Positions 9,234 through 17,749 of a stretch of DNA of 64,000 nt are shown piece after piece. Every line of letters begins with the position of its first letter. Within the stretch, counting starts at the first letter, position 1. The DNA is from a virus. The DNA lies in IMG/VR virus record IMGVR_UViG_3300044632_001218, one strand, 5' to 3'. The position numbers were made by a program, and so were the translations under genes. The notes under the pieces were generated by a model. The model did no database searches. It was not told the DNA's origin and was given only the letters and a program-made list of their open reading frames with translations.

Positions 9234-9395
9234 ATGCCCAGAGGACAATTGACAAAAGATGAAATAAAGTGTTGGGTGTTAAAATTAAAACAAAAACTTT
9301 ATAACGAAAATATTGGTTATACCTCTGACCCAAAAGCACTTGCAGATAGTTATCTGAATAAAGTTTTAGAAAAAATAGAGGAATGTCAAAGATGA
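9234..9395 (+). CDS. Hypothetical protein, 53 aa
   Basis: MPRGQLTKDEIKCWVLKLKQKLY...; fills intergenic gap. Confidence 0.6.
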   Translation: MPRGQLTKDEIKCWVLKLKQKLYNENIGYTSDPKALADSYLNKVLEKIEECQR

Positions 9396-9466
9396 TGGAA
9401 TGGTTTTTATCTTATTTTTTAATTGTTGTAGCAATTATTATAATAAAAACATCATTATCTAAATAA
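9392..9466 (+). CDS. Possible 24-aa hydrophobic peptide
   Basis: MMEWFLSYFLIVVAIIIIKTSLSK; ATGA coupling to upstream ORF. Confidence 0.35.
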   Translation: MMEWFLSYFLIVVAIIIIKTSLSK

Positions 9467-9486
9467 AATACAGAATTGATAAAGCA

Positions 9487-10173
9487 ATGAAAGTAGATCT
9501 TCACAATTTTTTTCAATATTACGATCCAAAAAATCCAAAACATGTTGCTGCAGTAGAGCAACTTGAAGTTGATTTGAAAGACTCTCCACTCTTGGATGAT
9601 ACCTCAAACTGGGTGAAGATTTTCAGGACAAAAGTGGAACCAGTAGTTCCAGGAGTTCTCAATGTTCCTTACTACCCTCAAACGGATAATTACAGAGACG
9701 CTAATCGTACTTGTAATAGTTCTTCCTGTGCTATGTGTCTTGAGTATTTTAGTCCAGGAACACTAAAAGGACCAAAGGGTGATGATGCTTATGTTCAAAA
9801 AGTATTCGCAGTGGGCGATACAACTGATCATGCAGTTCAGACAAAAGTTCTCAGTTCTTATGGGATTAAGTCTGAGTTTAGGTATAATCTTTCATTTGCA
9901 GATCTTGATCGTGAGTTATCTGCTGGTAGACCCGTTGTTATTGGGGTACTCCATCGTGGCACTTTATCTTCTCCTACTGGTGGGCACATGTGTGTAGTCA
10001 TAGGAAAGAAAGGTGATTGTTATGTAGTAAATGATCCTTATGGTTCTTTGAATGATGGGTACACAGGACCTGTTACAAATGGTAAGGGTGTAGTTTATAA
10101 GAAGACGGATCTTCAATATCGTTGGTTGGAGAAAGGGAAAGATAAAACTGGTTGGGGCAGAATCTTCAAATGA
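9487..10173 (+). CDS. Peptidase C39-like protein (putative endolysin)
   Basis: LNVPYYPQ..N....RTCNSSSCAM (catalytic Cys), GGH (His), VNDPYG (Asp). Confidence 0.8.
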   Translation: MKVDLHNFFQYYDPKNPKHVAAVEQLEVDLKDSPLLDDTSNWVKIFRTKVEPVVPGVLNVPYYPQTDNYRDANRTCNSSSCAMCLEYFSPGTLKGPKGDDAYVQKVFAVGDTTDHAVQTKVLSSYGIKSEFRYNLSFADLDRELSAGRPVVIGVLHRGTLSSPTGGHMCVVIGKKGDCYVVNDPYGSLNDGYTGPVTNGKGVVYKKTDLQYRWLEKGKDKTGWGRIFK

Positions 10174-10787
10174 CTATAAAATTTATTGATGCAGTAAAGA
10201 ATCATAAAGATCTTCCACATCAAAATAATGCTTGGCAGTTTCTTCAAGCATCAGTTCATAAAGAAATTCTAGATGAGTTTGCAAGAATTTATCGTAATCA
10301 ACAGATCAATTTAACATTAGAGGGTCTCCCTGAACCTGGAGTTTTTCTCATCAAAGAGTTTGAAGGATGCCATCTTTCTGCATACTATGACCCCCTCACA
10401 GGAGGACTTCCGATCACAATAGGGTGGGGAAGCACCAGAAGAAAAGATGGATCCATTTTTATGATTGGGAATCGTATTTCTCAAGAAGAAGCAGATGATC
10501 TTTTATACTTTCAATTGCGTCGTGAGTTTCTTCCAACACTTCAAAAAATTCCATATTGGAGGGAGATGAATGAAAATCAACAAGGCGCAATTCTTAGCTT
10601 TGCTTATAATCTTGGTGCTGATTTTTATGGAAGCCCTGACTTTAATACGATAACTAAAGTCCTTAAGAATAAGGAGTGGGGTAAAGTTCCAGAGGCACTC
10701 AAACTCTATCGTAATCCTGGTAGTAAAGTAGAGAAAGGATTACTCAGAAGAAGAACTGCCGAAGGTGCCCTCTGGTCTTCCAAGTAA
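10170..10787 (+). CDS. GH24 phage lysozyme with N-terminal extension
   Basis: IKEFEGCHLSAYYDP.....TIGWGST, ALLSF-like ILSFAYNLG, GLLRRRTAE. Confidence 0.9.
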   Translation: MTIKFIDAVKNHKDLPHQNNAWQFLQASVHKEILDEFARIYRNQQINLTLEGLPEPGVFLIKEFEGCHLSAYYDPLTGGLPITIGWGSTRRKDGSIFMIGNRISQEEADDLLYFQLRREFLPTLQKIPYWREMNENQQGAILSFAYNLGADFYGSPDFNTITKVLKNKEWGKVPEALKLYRNPGSKVEKGLLRRRTAEGALWSSK

Positions 10788-10934
10788 CTTTCTACCACGC
10801 CTCCAAGTTCTACGAATTGCAGAACGAACTTCTGGTGGTTGTTGTTTAATTTTTATATTTCTATTCTCATTAAAGAAACCATCATTAGTCAGTAATCTAA
10901 TGAGGATGATTATCGGAAGAATTGTTTTCTTCAT
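10740..10934 (-). CDS. Hypothetical basic protein with hydrophobic N-terminus
   Basis: MKKTILPIIILIRLLTNDG...; last gene of a minus-strand run. Confidence 0.5.
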   Translation of the reverse strand: MKKTILPIIILIRLLTNDGFFNENRNIKIKQQPPEVRSAIRRTWRRGRKLLGRPEGTFGSSSSE

Positions 10935-11017
10935 TATCCCAGATAAGAATTTTGTAGATACACCAAATAACTCCTATCAGACCAACACCTAACAATATAT
11001 TTACACTCCAAACTACA

Positions 11018-11311
11018 TCACTCATTTTCCTTTTCTTCAGATTTTTTATTTAAGTTTGCTTTTAAAGCAATGATGGTTGCTAGAAGAGACATCAAAACTT
11101 GAATTGATTCTGATGTATTATCATCACATTTACTTGGAGGTTTTGCTCCACTTTTATCAAATGCTTTTACAAGATACAAGTAATGTAAACTAGACATCAC
11201 TTTGAAATTACATATCACATAGTTAGTGAATGTCATTCCAACAATTGCTGTTGCTACAAAGGCAACTAACATAGGAACAATATTATCAAGTGTTGGATAT
11301 TTAAATTTCAT
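11018..11311 (-). CDS. Two-TM membrane protein
   Basis: Hydrophobic IVPMLVAFVATAIVGMTF and VLMSLLATIIAL segments, charged C-terminal tail; start at MKFKY (ATGA overlap). Confidence 0.6.
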   Translation of the reverse strand: MKFKYPTLDNIVPMLVAFVATAIVGMTFTNYVICNFKVMSSLHYLYLVKAFDKSGAKPPSKCDDNTSESIQVLMSLLATIIALKANLNKKSEEKENE

Positions 11312-11499
11312 CTTCCCTCCTCTTTGTGAACCCAAGTCTTAAGTTCATTTAAATATTGTCTCAACATATCCGCTTTTTTTAAATGCCAAACATCACCACT
11401 CTTGAAGTACTCTTGAGTGTGATTATCTATTGCTTTGAGAATATGATGGATGGGAGAATTCCAAGGCTCACGCTTTGGAGTATTCCATTCTCTTGGCAT
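11308..11499 (-). CDS. Hypothetical protein
   Basis: MPREWNTPKREPWNSPIHHILKAIDNH; SD GAGG upstream. Confidence 0.65.
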   Translation of the reverse strand: MPREWNTPKREPWNSPIHHILKAIDNHTQEYFKSGDVWHLKKADMLRQYLNELKTWVHKEEGR

Positions 11500-11505
11500 A
11501 AATCC

Positions 11506-11610
11506 TCACTTTTTCTTACCACCATTCTTTGCTTTCTTAGCAGTTGCATTGCCCTGATTCTGTTTAGAACCATTAGATCCTTTCTTACCTTTATTTGCAG
11601 ATTTTGCCAT
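11506..11610 (-). CDS. 34-aa Lys/Gly-rich basic peptide (not in ORF track)
   Basis: MAKSANKGKKGSNGSKQNQGNATAKKAKNGGKKK; stop lies just before the next gene's SD. Confidence 0.65.
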   Translation of the reverse strand: MAKSANKGKKGSNGSKQNQGNATAKKAKNGGKKK

Positions 11611-11662
11611 AGTAGTGAGTTGGGCACTTATTTATTTATGGATAGACATGCATTTGGATAGC

Positions 11663-11691
11663 TTGACAGGATTTCCTGACAATGCTATAAT
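11663..11691 (+). promoter_or_regulatory. Consensus sigma70 promoter of psbA
   Basis: TTGACA (11663-11668), 17 nt, TATAAT (11686-11691); ATAAATA late-type element overlaps the 3' side. Confidence 0.9.
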
Positions 11692-11731
11692 AAATACATG
11701 TTAAGGAATGAAATATTTCTTAACCTTCTCT

Positions 11732-11830
11732 AACCGAGATCATGAGAAGTAAAGCATCTCTCATACCCATGATGGAGGGTGTCATGGGAAATACTGTACC
11801 TGTTCAGTCCCCCTGAACCATACTTACCCT
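11732..11830 (+). ncRNA. Structured psbA 5' leader (PhotoRC-II-like cis element)
   Basis: Three hairpins GAGAT/ATCTC, CCCATGAT/GTCATGGG, GTTCAG/CTGAAC; loop AGGGT complementary to ACCCT at 11826-11830; Rfam identity is from memory and unverified. Confidence 0.5.
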
Positions 11831-11841
11831 TTAAATAAAAA

Positions 11842-12921
11842 ATGACTGCTACTATTGCTTCACGTAATTCTACTAACCTCTGGCAAGAATTTTGCGAGTG
11901 GGTTACTTCAACAAACAATCGTCTTTATGTTGGTTGGTTTGGAGTCCTTATGATTCCATGCCTTCTTGCTGCAACTACTTGCTTTATTGTTGCATTTGTA
12001 GGTGCTCCTCCTGTGGACATTGATGGTATTCGCGAACCAGTTGCTGGTTCTCTGATGTATGGAAACAACATCATCTCTGGTGCCGTTGTTCCTTCTTCTA
12101 ATGCTATTGGTCTTCACTTCTATCCTATCTGGGAAGCTGCTTCTCTGGATGAGTGGTTGTACAATGGTGGACCTTTCCAACTTGTTGTATTTCACTTCCT
12201 CATTGGCATTTATGCTTACATGGGTCGTGAATGGGAACTCTCTTATCGTTTGGGTATGCGTCCTTGGATCTGTGTTGCTTACTCAGCACCTGTTGCTGCT
12301 GCTTCTGCAGTTTTCCTGGTCTATCCTTTTGGTCAAGGTTCTTTCTCTGATGCTATGCCCCTGGGCATTTCTGGTACTTTTAACTATATGCTTGTATTCC
12401 AGGCAGAACATAACATTCTGATGCACCCCTTCCACATGCTTGGAGTTGCTGGTGTCTTTGGTGGTTCATTGTTCTCTGCAATGCACGGTTCTCTGGTTAC
12501 TTCTTCACTGGTTCGTGAGACCACTGAAACTGAATCACAGAATTATGGTTATAAGTTTGGACAAGAAGAAGAGACATACAATATTGTTGCTGCTCATGGA
12601 TACTTTGGTCGTCTGATCTTCCAATATGCATCTTTTAATAATTCTCGTTCACTACACTTCTTCCTTGCTGCTTGGCCTGTAGTTGGCATCTGGTTTACTG
12701 CTCTTGGTGTTAGCACTATGGCATTTAACCTCAATGGTTTCAACTTTAACCAGTCTATTGTTGATAGTCAGAATCGTGTGATCCCTACCTGGGCAGATGT
12801 GCTTAACCGTGCTGGTCTTGGTATGGAAGTGATGCATGAAAGAAATGCTCACAACTTCCCTCTTGACCTTGCTGCTGCAGAGACAACTTCTGTTGCTCTG
12901 ACTGCTCCAAGTATTGGTTGA
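11842..12921 (+). CDS. psbA: Photosystem II D1 protein
   Basis: Full-length uninterrupted D1: [31 protein letters not shown] plus C-terminal extension. Confidence 0.99.
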   Translation: MTATIASRNSTNLWQEFCEWVTSTNNRLYVGWFGVLMIPCLLAATTCFIVAFVGAPPVDIDGIREPVAGSLMYGNNIISGAVVPSSNAIGLHFYPIWEAASLDEWLYNGGPFQLVVFHFLIGIYAYMGREWELSYRLGMRPWICVAYSAPVAAASAVFLVYPFGQGSFSDAMPLGISGTFNYMLVFQAEHNILMHPFHMLGVAGVFGGSLFSAMHGSLVTSSLVRETTETESQNYGYKFGQEEETYNIVAAHGYFGRLIFQYASFNNSRSLHFFLAAWPVVGIWFTALGVSTMAFNLNGFNFNQSIVDSQNRVIPTWADVLNRAGLGMEVMHERNAHNFPLDLAAAETTSVALTAPSIG

Positions 12922-12946
12922 TATAAAACCTCAAAAAATAAATAAG

Positions 12947-12972
12947 GGAGTTCCACAAGAACTCCTTTTTTT
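12947..12972 (+). terminator. Rho-independent terminator after psbA
   Basis: GGAGTTC-CACAA-GAACTCC-TTTTTTT. Confidence 0.9.
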
Positions 12973-13038
12973 ATGCTTTTAATCCTCCTACTCTTTCAAC
13001 TCTTCGGAGTATTCCTTTTCTTAATGTCCCTACTATGA
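12973..13038 (+). CDS. Possible 21-aa hydrophobic peptide
   Basis: MLLILLLFQLFGVFLFLMSLL; ATGA coupling to next ORF. Confidence 0.35.
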   Translation: MLLILLLFQLFGVFLFLMSLL

Positions 13039-13163
13039 TATCATCAGAAACTCCACATAAACTTGCAGAAATTATTAGGGATACCTGGCCTAACCTTTAC
13101 AGGAAACCACAACCCAAGTATAATAATCAAAAGACTTCAGAAGATGAACAAGTACAACAGTGA
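13035..13163 (+). CDS. Hypothetical protein, 42 aa
   Basis: MISSETPHKLAEIIRDTWPNLYRKP... Confidence 0.6.
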   Translation: MISSETPHKLAEIIRDTWPNLYRKPQPKYNNQKTSEDEQVQQ

Positions 13164-13467
13164 AGATTATTTCTCAGTAAGAGAAAGAAGGACTGGAAGA
13201 AAGATTTGTGATTGTGGAGATTTTGAAGATGCAAGAATGATAATGTATATGGATGCACCAAATCGTGAAATTGTAAAAAACAAAACACTCATGAGTCCAG
13301 TTGTTGATATTGAGATGCCAAAAGCACTCCCAACCTCAGAGATTGTTGTAAATATGAATGGTGGAGTTGGTGGTTCCTGGAGAGTAGAAGAGGCAACAGG
13401 AAATGGACCTGGGGCTCCCCCTCAAATCAAACTTCCAGAAGGACAACAAGAACCTGTAATAGTATGA
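13144..13467 (+). CDS. Hypothetical protein
   Basis: MNKYNSEDYFSVRERRTGRKICDCG...; start moved from the track's TTG to ATG 13144. Confidence 0.65.
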   Translation: MNKYNSEDYFSVRERRTGRKICDCGDFEDARMIMYMDAPNREIVKNKTLMSPVVDIEMPKALPTSEIVVNMNGGVGGSWRVEEATGNGPGAPPQIKLPEGQQEPVIV

Positions 13468-13673
13468 ATCATCGCAAATATAAGCAAGCAGAGAATGTAA
13501 GAAGACCAAGAAAGGAAAAATACAATCCTTATGCAAATGACCCATCAGATGCAAAGTGTCCTTATTGTGGTCAGGGTGGGAAGATTTGTTCCTATGTAAA
13601 TAGTGTTAGTCGTGGTTGGGGCAGAGGTGCTTGTGCCACAAAACATAATAATATTAAATTGGATGACCTATGA
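13464..13673 (+). CDS. Small Cys-containing hypothetical protein
   Basis: CPYC...C...C possible metal site; ATGA coupling on both sides. Confidence 0.55.
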   Translation: MNHRKYKQAENVRRPRKEKYNPYANDPSDAKCPYCGQGGKICSYVNSVSRGWGRGACATKHNNIKLDDL

Positions 13674-14422
13674 AGTTACTTCATGTAGTTTTTTCTACTA
13701 ATAGAGTAGAATTTTTGAAAAAAACATTTGAAGCAAATAAAAAATTAGATTTTAGTGAATTGGATGTAGACCATTTATTCATTGATGATTATCCAAATGG
13801 ACGGGATAATGAATCTTTAGCAGAGTTTGTAGTAGCAAATGGATATAATGAAATTATTTTTCATGAAGAAAATCAAGGCATTACAAAAACTTGGCAAGAA
13901 CTTTTCAATTTGGTTAGACAAAAAGATTATGATTATATCTTTCATCATGAAGATGATGTTGAAGTAATGTGTCCATTAAAGATAATGGATTTGATTGAAC
14001 TTCTTGAACAAGACAAGACCTTATCTCAAATACAATTGAAAAGAAATAATTGGTATGATTTTGAAAAAGAAGAAATAGGTCCAAAAGATGATGATGTAAT
14101 TTTTAAACACTATAGATATGAAAAGGCAACTCCATATTTTTGGATGCTGATGTCTTTATATCCTGCTTGGATTGCTAAAGAACCTATCTTTGAAGAGACA
14201 GGATTCAATCCATCAGAATCAGTAATTGCAAATTACTTATTGAATAAGTATAATATTGGAGCAGGATTGTTGAAAACTGCTGAAGGTGGTATAATGGTAA
14301 ATCATATTGGCGAATACTTTCATGGACAAAGAGTTTCTGAAGGAGAACCTGGATGGGATGGGTTTAAATATATTGATCCTAATGTAAAATATTGTTCTAA
14401 AACTGGTGTTATTTTGGGATGA
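13670..14422 (+). CDS. GT2-like glycosyltransferase
   Basis: VVFSTNR.EFL..T, FIDD, YIFHHEDD (DxD-like), HIGE. Confidence 0.65.
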   Translation: MKLLHVVFSTNRVEFLKKTFEANKKLDFSELDVDHLFIDDYPNGRDNESLAEFVVANGYNEIIFHEENQGITKTWQELFNLVRQKDYDYIFHHEDDVEVMCPLKIMDLIELLEQDKTLSQIQLKRNNWYDFEKEEIGPKDDDVIFKHYRYEKATPYFWMLMSLYPAWIAKEPIFEETGFNPSESVIANYLLNKYNIGAGLLKTAEGGIMVNHIGEYFHGQRVSEGEPGWDGFKYIDPNVKYCSKTGVILG

Positions 14423-14985
14423 ATGTAAATCTTATAGTTGCAGATAACTTTTATAACAATCCTGATGATGTAAGAAACTTTGCATTATCACAGGAGTTTG
14501 CAGTAAGAGGAAACTATCCAGGATTGAGAACTAAATCATTTCTCAATGAAAGTAATAGAGAAGTCATAGATGCTCTTGTCTCTCATGCCTCTGGAGGTGT
14601 GACTGATTGGTTACTTGATGAAAATGGCGATGGATATACAGGAGCATTTCAAATTTGTACATCAATGGATCGTACATGGATTCACTCTGACTATAATAAT
14701 ATGTGGGCAGGAGTATGCTATCTAACGCCAAATGCTCCATTAAGTGCTGGTACTGCATTGTATAGGCACAAAAAAACTGGGGAGAGAGCATCTATAGACA
14801 ACATTGATCATGGTGAGGATGGACATGATTATACAAAATGGGAAACTGTAGATAGGATAGGAAACATTTACAATAGATTAATTTTATATCCTGGTAAGTT
14901 ATTTCACGCTTCTATAGATTATTTTGGAAGTAATCTTCAAGATGGTAGATTATTTCAAACATTTTTTTTCAATACAAGGTACTGA
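14419..14985 (+). CDS. 2OG-Fe(II) oxygenase (DUF6445-like)
   Basis: IVADNFY.NPD.VR; WIHSD (HxD); AGVCYLTP; NRLILYPGKLFHAS (distal His). Confidence 0.75.
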   Translation: MNVNLIVADNFYNNPDDVRNFALSQEFAVRGNYPGLRTKSFLNESNREVIDALVSHASGGVTDWLLDENGDGYTGAFQICTSMDRTWIHSDYNNMWAGVCYLTPNAPLSAGTALYRHKKTGERASIDNIDHGEDGHDYTKWETVDRIGNIYNRLILYPGKLFHASIDYFGSNLQDGRLFQTFFFNTRY

Positions 14986-14987
14986 TA

Positions 14988-16019
14988 ATGTCATTAGCAT
15001 ATGTGATTGGTTCTGGAACTGCTGGTGCTACATCAGCAAGGATACTCAAAGATAATGGATGGGACGTAGAGGTCTTTGAAACCAGAGAATATCTTTCTGG
15101 CAATTGTTATGACTATGTTGATGAAAAAACAGGATGTGTAATTCATGCACATGGACCTCATGCTATCCATACAGATAATGATCGTGTTTGGGATTGGTTG
15201 AATCAATTTGCAGTTTTCAATAATTTTTCTGTTGAAGTATGGGCAAACACAAGTCTTGGAAAAATTCCTATTCCATATAATGACAACTCAGATAAAATTA
15301 TTGGCAGAAGATTATCTGACACTGAAATTAAGGAATTAGTATTCAGAGATTATTCTGAAAAAATGTGGGGAGTTAAGTTAGAGGAACTTCCTATGGGCAT
15401 TTTGAATAGACTTCCTATAAGAAAAAAAGGTTCTAATGGGTCTTTCACTCAACAAAAGTATCAAGGTCTACCTAAGAATGGATTTGTGGACATGTTCAAG
15501 AATATCTTTGATGATATTCCAGTTCATTTAAATGTATCAAAAGATGAATGGCGAACACTCAAAGACAAATGTGACTTGTTAGTTTTTACTGGAAAGGTTG
15601 ATAATTATTTTGATTATCAGTATGGAAAGTTATCTTATAGGTCATTGAACTTTGAACATGTCTATTGTCCTAAGACAGTGTATATCCAACTTAATGAATG
15701 CAACAGAAATAATGAATGGAATCGTGCTATTGACCACTCTTATTGGTATAATCAAGATGTTGAAACTACAGTAGTTACAAGAGAATATCCAGTAGAACAT
15801 ATTGAAGGATTGAATAATCCATATTATCCTATGATTTTTGGAAAGTATCTGGAACAGTTTGAACAATATAAACCATTAATGCAAGCAGAAAAAAATACAA
15901 TTTTTGTTGGAAGAACTGCTACTTACAAATACTTGACTATAGATCAGACTATAGCAAGAACAGCAAACAAACTCAAAAGAATGGGATTTGTTGATAGAAT
16001 ACTTACACCTGAATTATGA
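14988..16019 (+). CDS. glf: UDP-galactopyranose mutase
   Basis: GSGTAG FAD motif, SGNCYD, HGPHAIHT, YSEKMWG, YQGLP, YYP, GRTATYKY. Confidence 0.85.
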   Translation: MSLAYVIGSGTAGATSARILKDNGWDVEVFETREYLSGNCYDYVDEKTGCVIHAHGPHAIHTDNDRVWDWLNQFAVFNNFSVEVWANTSLGKIPIPYNDNSDKIIGRRLSDTEIKELVFRDYSEKMWGVKLEELPMGILNRLPIRKKGSNGSFTQQKYQGLPKNGFVDMFKNIFDDIPVHLNVSKDEWRTLKDKCDLLVFTGKVDNYFDYQYGKLSYRSLNFEHVYCPKTVYIQLNECNRNNEWNRAIDHSYWYNQDVETTVVTREYPVEHIEGLNNPYYPMIFGKYLEQFEQYKPLMQAEKNTIFVGRTATYKYLTIDQTIARTANKLKRMGFVDRILTPEL

Positions 16020-17122
16020 TGAAAAATACGAAAATTTGTTTGAATATGATGGTTGGTAATGAATCTCATATCATTACTAGAGTTCTTGAGTCTTGCTATA
16101 ATCACATTGACTATTGGGTTATCCAATGTAATGGCACTGATAATACGCAACAAATTATAGAAAAGTTTTTTGAAGAAAAAAATATTCCAGGATATTGTTA
16201 TAATGTTGAGTGGCAATATCCTGGTTGGAATAGTGATCATTTAATTCAAGAATGTTATGATGCAAATCACCAGTGTGATTGGTTGTTTAGAATTGATGCA
16301 GATGAAGAACTTTTAGTAGATGATGATTTTGATTGGAGTGTATTTGAAGATACCTCAATTCAATCTTGGGATGTTGTTGCTACCACTGGAGATTCATCCT
16401 GGTTAAGAAATAGAGTTTGGAATGCTAATTTTTCTTGGAGATTTAAGCACGATAAAAGACATGAGTGTATCATTCTTCCTGGATGTGGTCCAACAGGAGA
16501 AGAATTTCAAAGAGTTCTTTTGGACAAAGGGTTTAGGCATTTTATCAGAAGTGAAGGAGATACTTATACAAGTCCAACAAAATTTGTAGTAGATGCATTA
16601 GAACTTGAACAACAGCATGTATCTAAAGGTTCTTTATTGTCAGACCCTTATCATTTCTTTTATATTGGAAAAAGTTATAGCGATTGTTATGGTGTAGATG
16701 GTCTTCCTTTGGGATATGAACATCAAAAAGAATATGCAAGAAGATGTATTTTTTACTTTACTGAGTATATAAAAAACTTTTATAATGGTAATGAGAATGA
16801 AATGATATATTATTCTCAATATCTTATAGGTAGTGCTTATAGATTTTGTGGAGAGCATGATATAGCAATTGAAGAGTATATGAAATGCACCCCACTTTGT
16901 TTAAGTAGAAATGAACACTTTTGTGGCCTAATTGAATTGTATTTATATAAAGGTGAGTATGAAAATGCTTATGTCTATGCTTCTATGTTAATGCAAGAAG
17001 ACAGAAAAAATCCTTTTCCAAGAATTGGATTTTTGATCCACAATCAATGTTATTATGATACTGGAACATATGTAAAAGTATTGTTTGATCAAGCAAAAGA
17101 AAAGTTAGAATCTATTAGTTGA
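16016..17122 (+). CDS. GT2-family glycosyltransferase with C-terminal TPR-like helices
   Basis: ICLNMMVGNESHII.RVLESC, GTDNT, RIDADE (DxD), helical C-terminus. Confidence 0.75.
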   Translation: MMKNTKICLNMMVGNESHIITRVLESCYNHIDYWVIQCNGTDNTQQIIEKFFEEKNIPGYCYNVEWQYPGWNSDHLIQECYDANHQCDWLFRIDADEELLVDDDFDWSVFEDTSIQSWDVVATTGDSSWLRNRVWNANFSWRFKHDKRHECIILPGCGPTGEEFQRVLLDKGFRHFIRSEGDTYTSPTKFVVDALELEQQHVSKGSLLSDPYHFFYIGKSYSDCYGVDGLPLGYEHQKEYARRCIFYFTEYIKNFYNGNENEMIYYSQYLIGSAYRFCGEHDIAIEEYMKCTPLCLSRNEHFCGLIELYLYKGEYENAYVYASMLMQEDRKNPFPRIGFLIHNQCYYDTGTYVKVLFDQAKEKLESIS

Positions 17123-17147
17123 CATTTTATTATGTGTAATGTATAGT
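17119..17147 (+). promoter_or_regulatory. Sigma70-like promoter
   Basis: TTGACA (17119-17124), 17 nt, TATAGT (17142-17147). Confidence 0.75.
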
Positions 17148-17164
17148 ATAAGTTAAAAGCTCCA

Positions 17165-17749
17165 ATGAAGTTTATCACAGTAAGTAATTTAAATCCTAAC
17201 CCAGACAAAAGAATTTTTGTAGTAGATAATTTTTATTCTGACCCTTATGAGGTAAGAAATTATGCACTACAACAAGAATTTATAGAGGATTTGAGATATT
17301 ATAAAGGTAAGAGAACAGAGGAAAAATTTTTTGTTCCTGGAACAAAAAAAGCATTTGAAGAAATCATAGGTCAAAAAATAAATGTTTGGGATGAATATGG
17401 AATGAATGGGGTTTTTCAAACTTGTAATCCACAAGACCCATTAGTATATCATACAGATCATCAACAATGGGCTGGTATGATATACTTAACACCAAATGCA
17501 CCATTTCAAGCAGGAACATCTATGTATGCTCACAAAGAAACAAAAGCACGACATGTTTCTGACCCTGAAATTGAATCTGCTTTTGATGGTGGATTTTATG
17601 ATGGAACAAAGTTTGAACTTGTTGATTCTATTGGCAATGTTTTCAATAGGTTAGTTATTTTTAATGGCAAATGTATTCATTCTGCTTCACAATATTTTGG
17701 ACAAACATTAGAAGATTCAAGATTATTTCACATGTTCTTTTTTGATTGA
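17165..17749 (+). CDS. 2OG-Fe(II) oxygenase (DUF6445-like), paralog of 14419-14985
   Basis: FVVDNFY.DP.EVR; YHTD; AGMIYLTPNAP; NRLVIFNGKCIHSAS. Confidence 0.75.
   Translation: MKFITVSNLNPNPDKRIFVVDNFYSDPYEVRNYALQQEFIEDLRYYKGKRTEEKFFVPGTKKAFEEIIGQKINVWDEYGMNGVFQTCNPQDPLVYHTDHQQWAGMIYLTPNAPFQAGTSMYAHKETKARHVSDPEIESAFDGGFYDGTKFELVDSIGNVFNRLVIFNGKCIHSASQYFGQTLEDSRLFHMFFFD

Noticed and set aside
11842-12921. Intron or homing endonuclease in or near psbA
   Set aside because: ORF is continuous and full length; no HNH, GIY-YIG or LAGLIDADG motif seen nearby
14419-17749. Oxygenases acting as collagen prolyl-4-hydroxylases for the fibres
   Set aside because: Collagen Pro is at X, not Y, so canonical P4H substrates are essentially absent; not excluded for other residues
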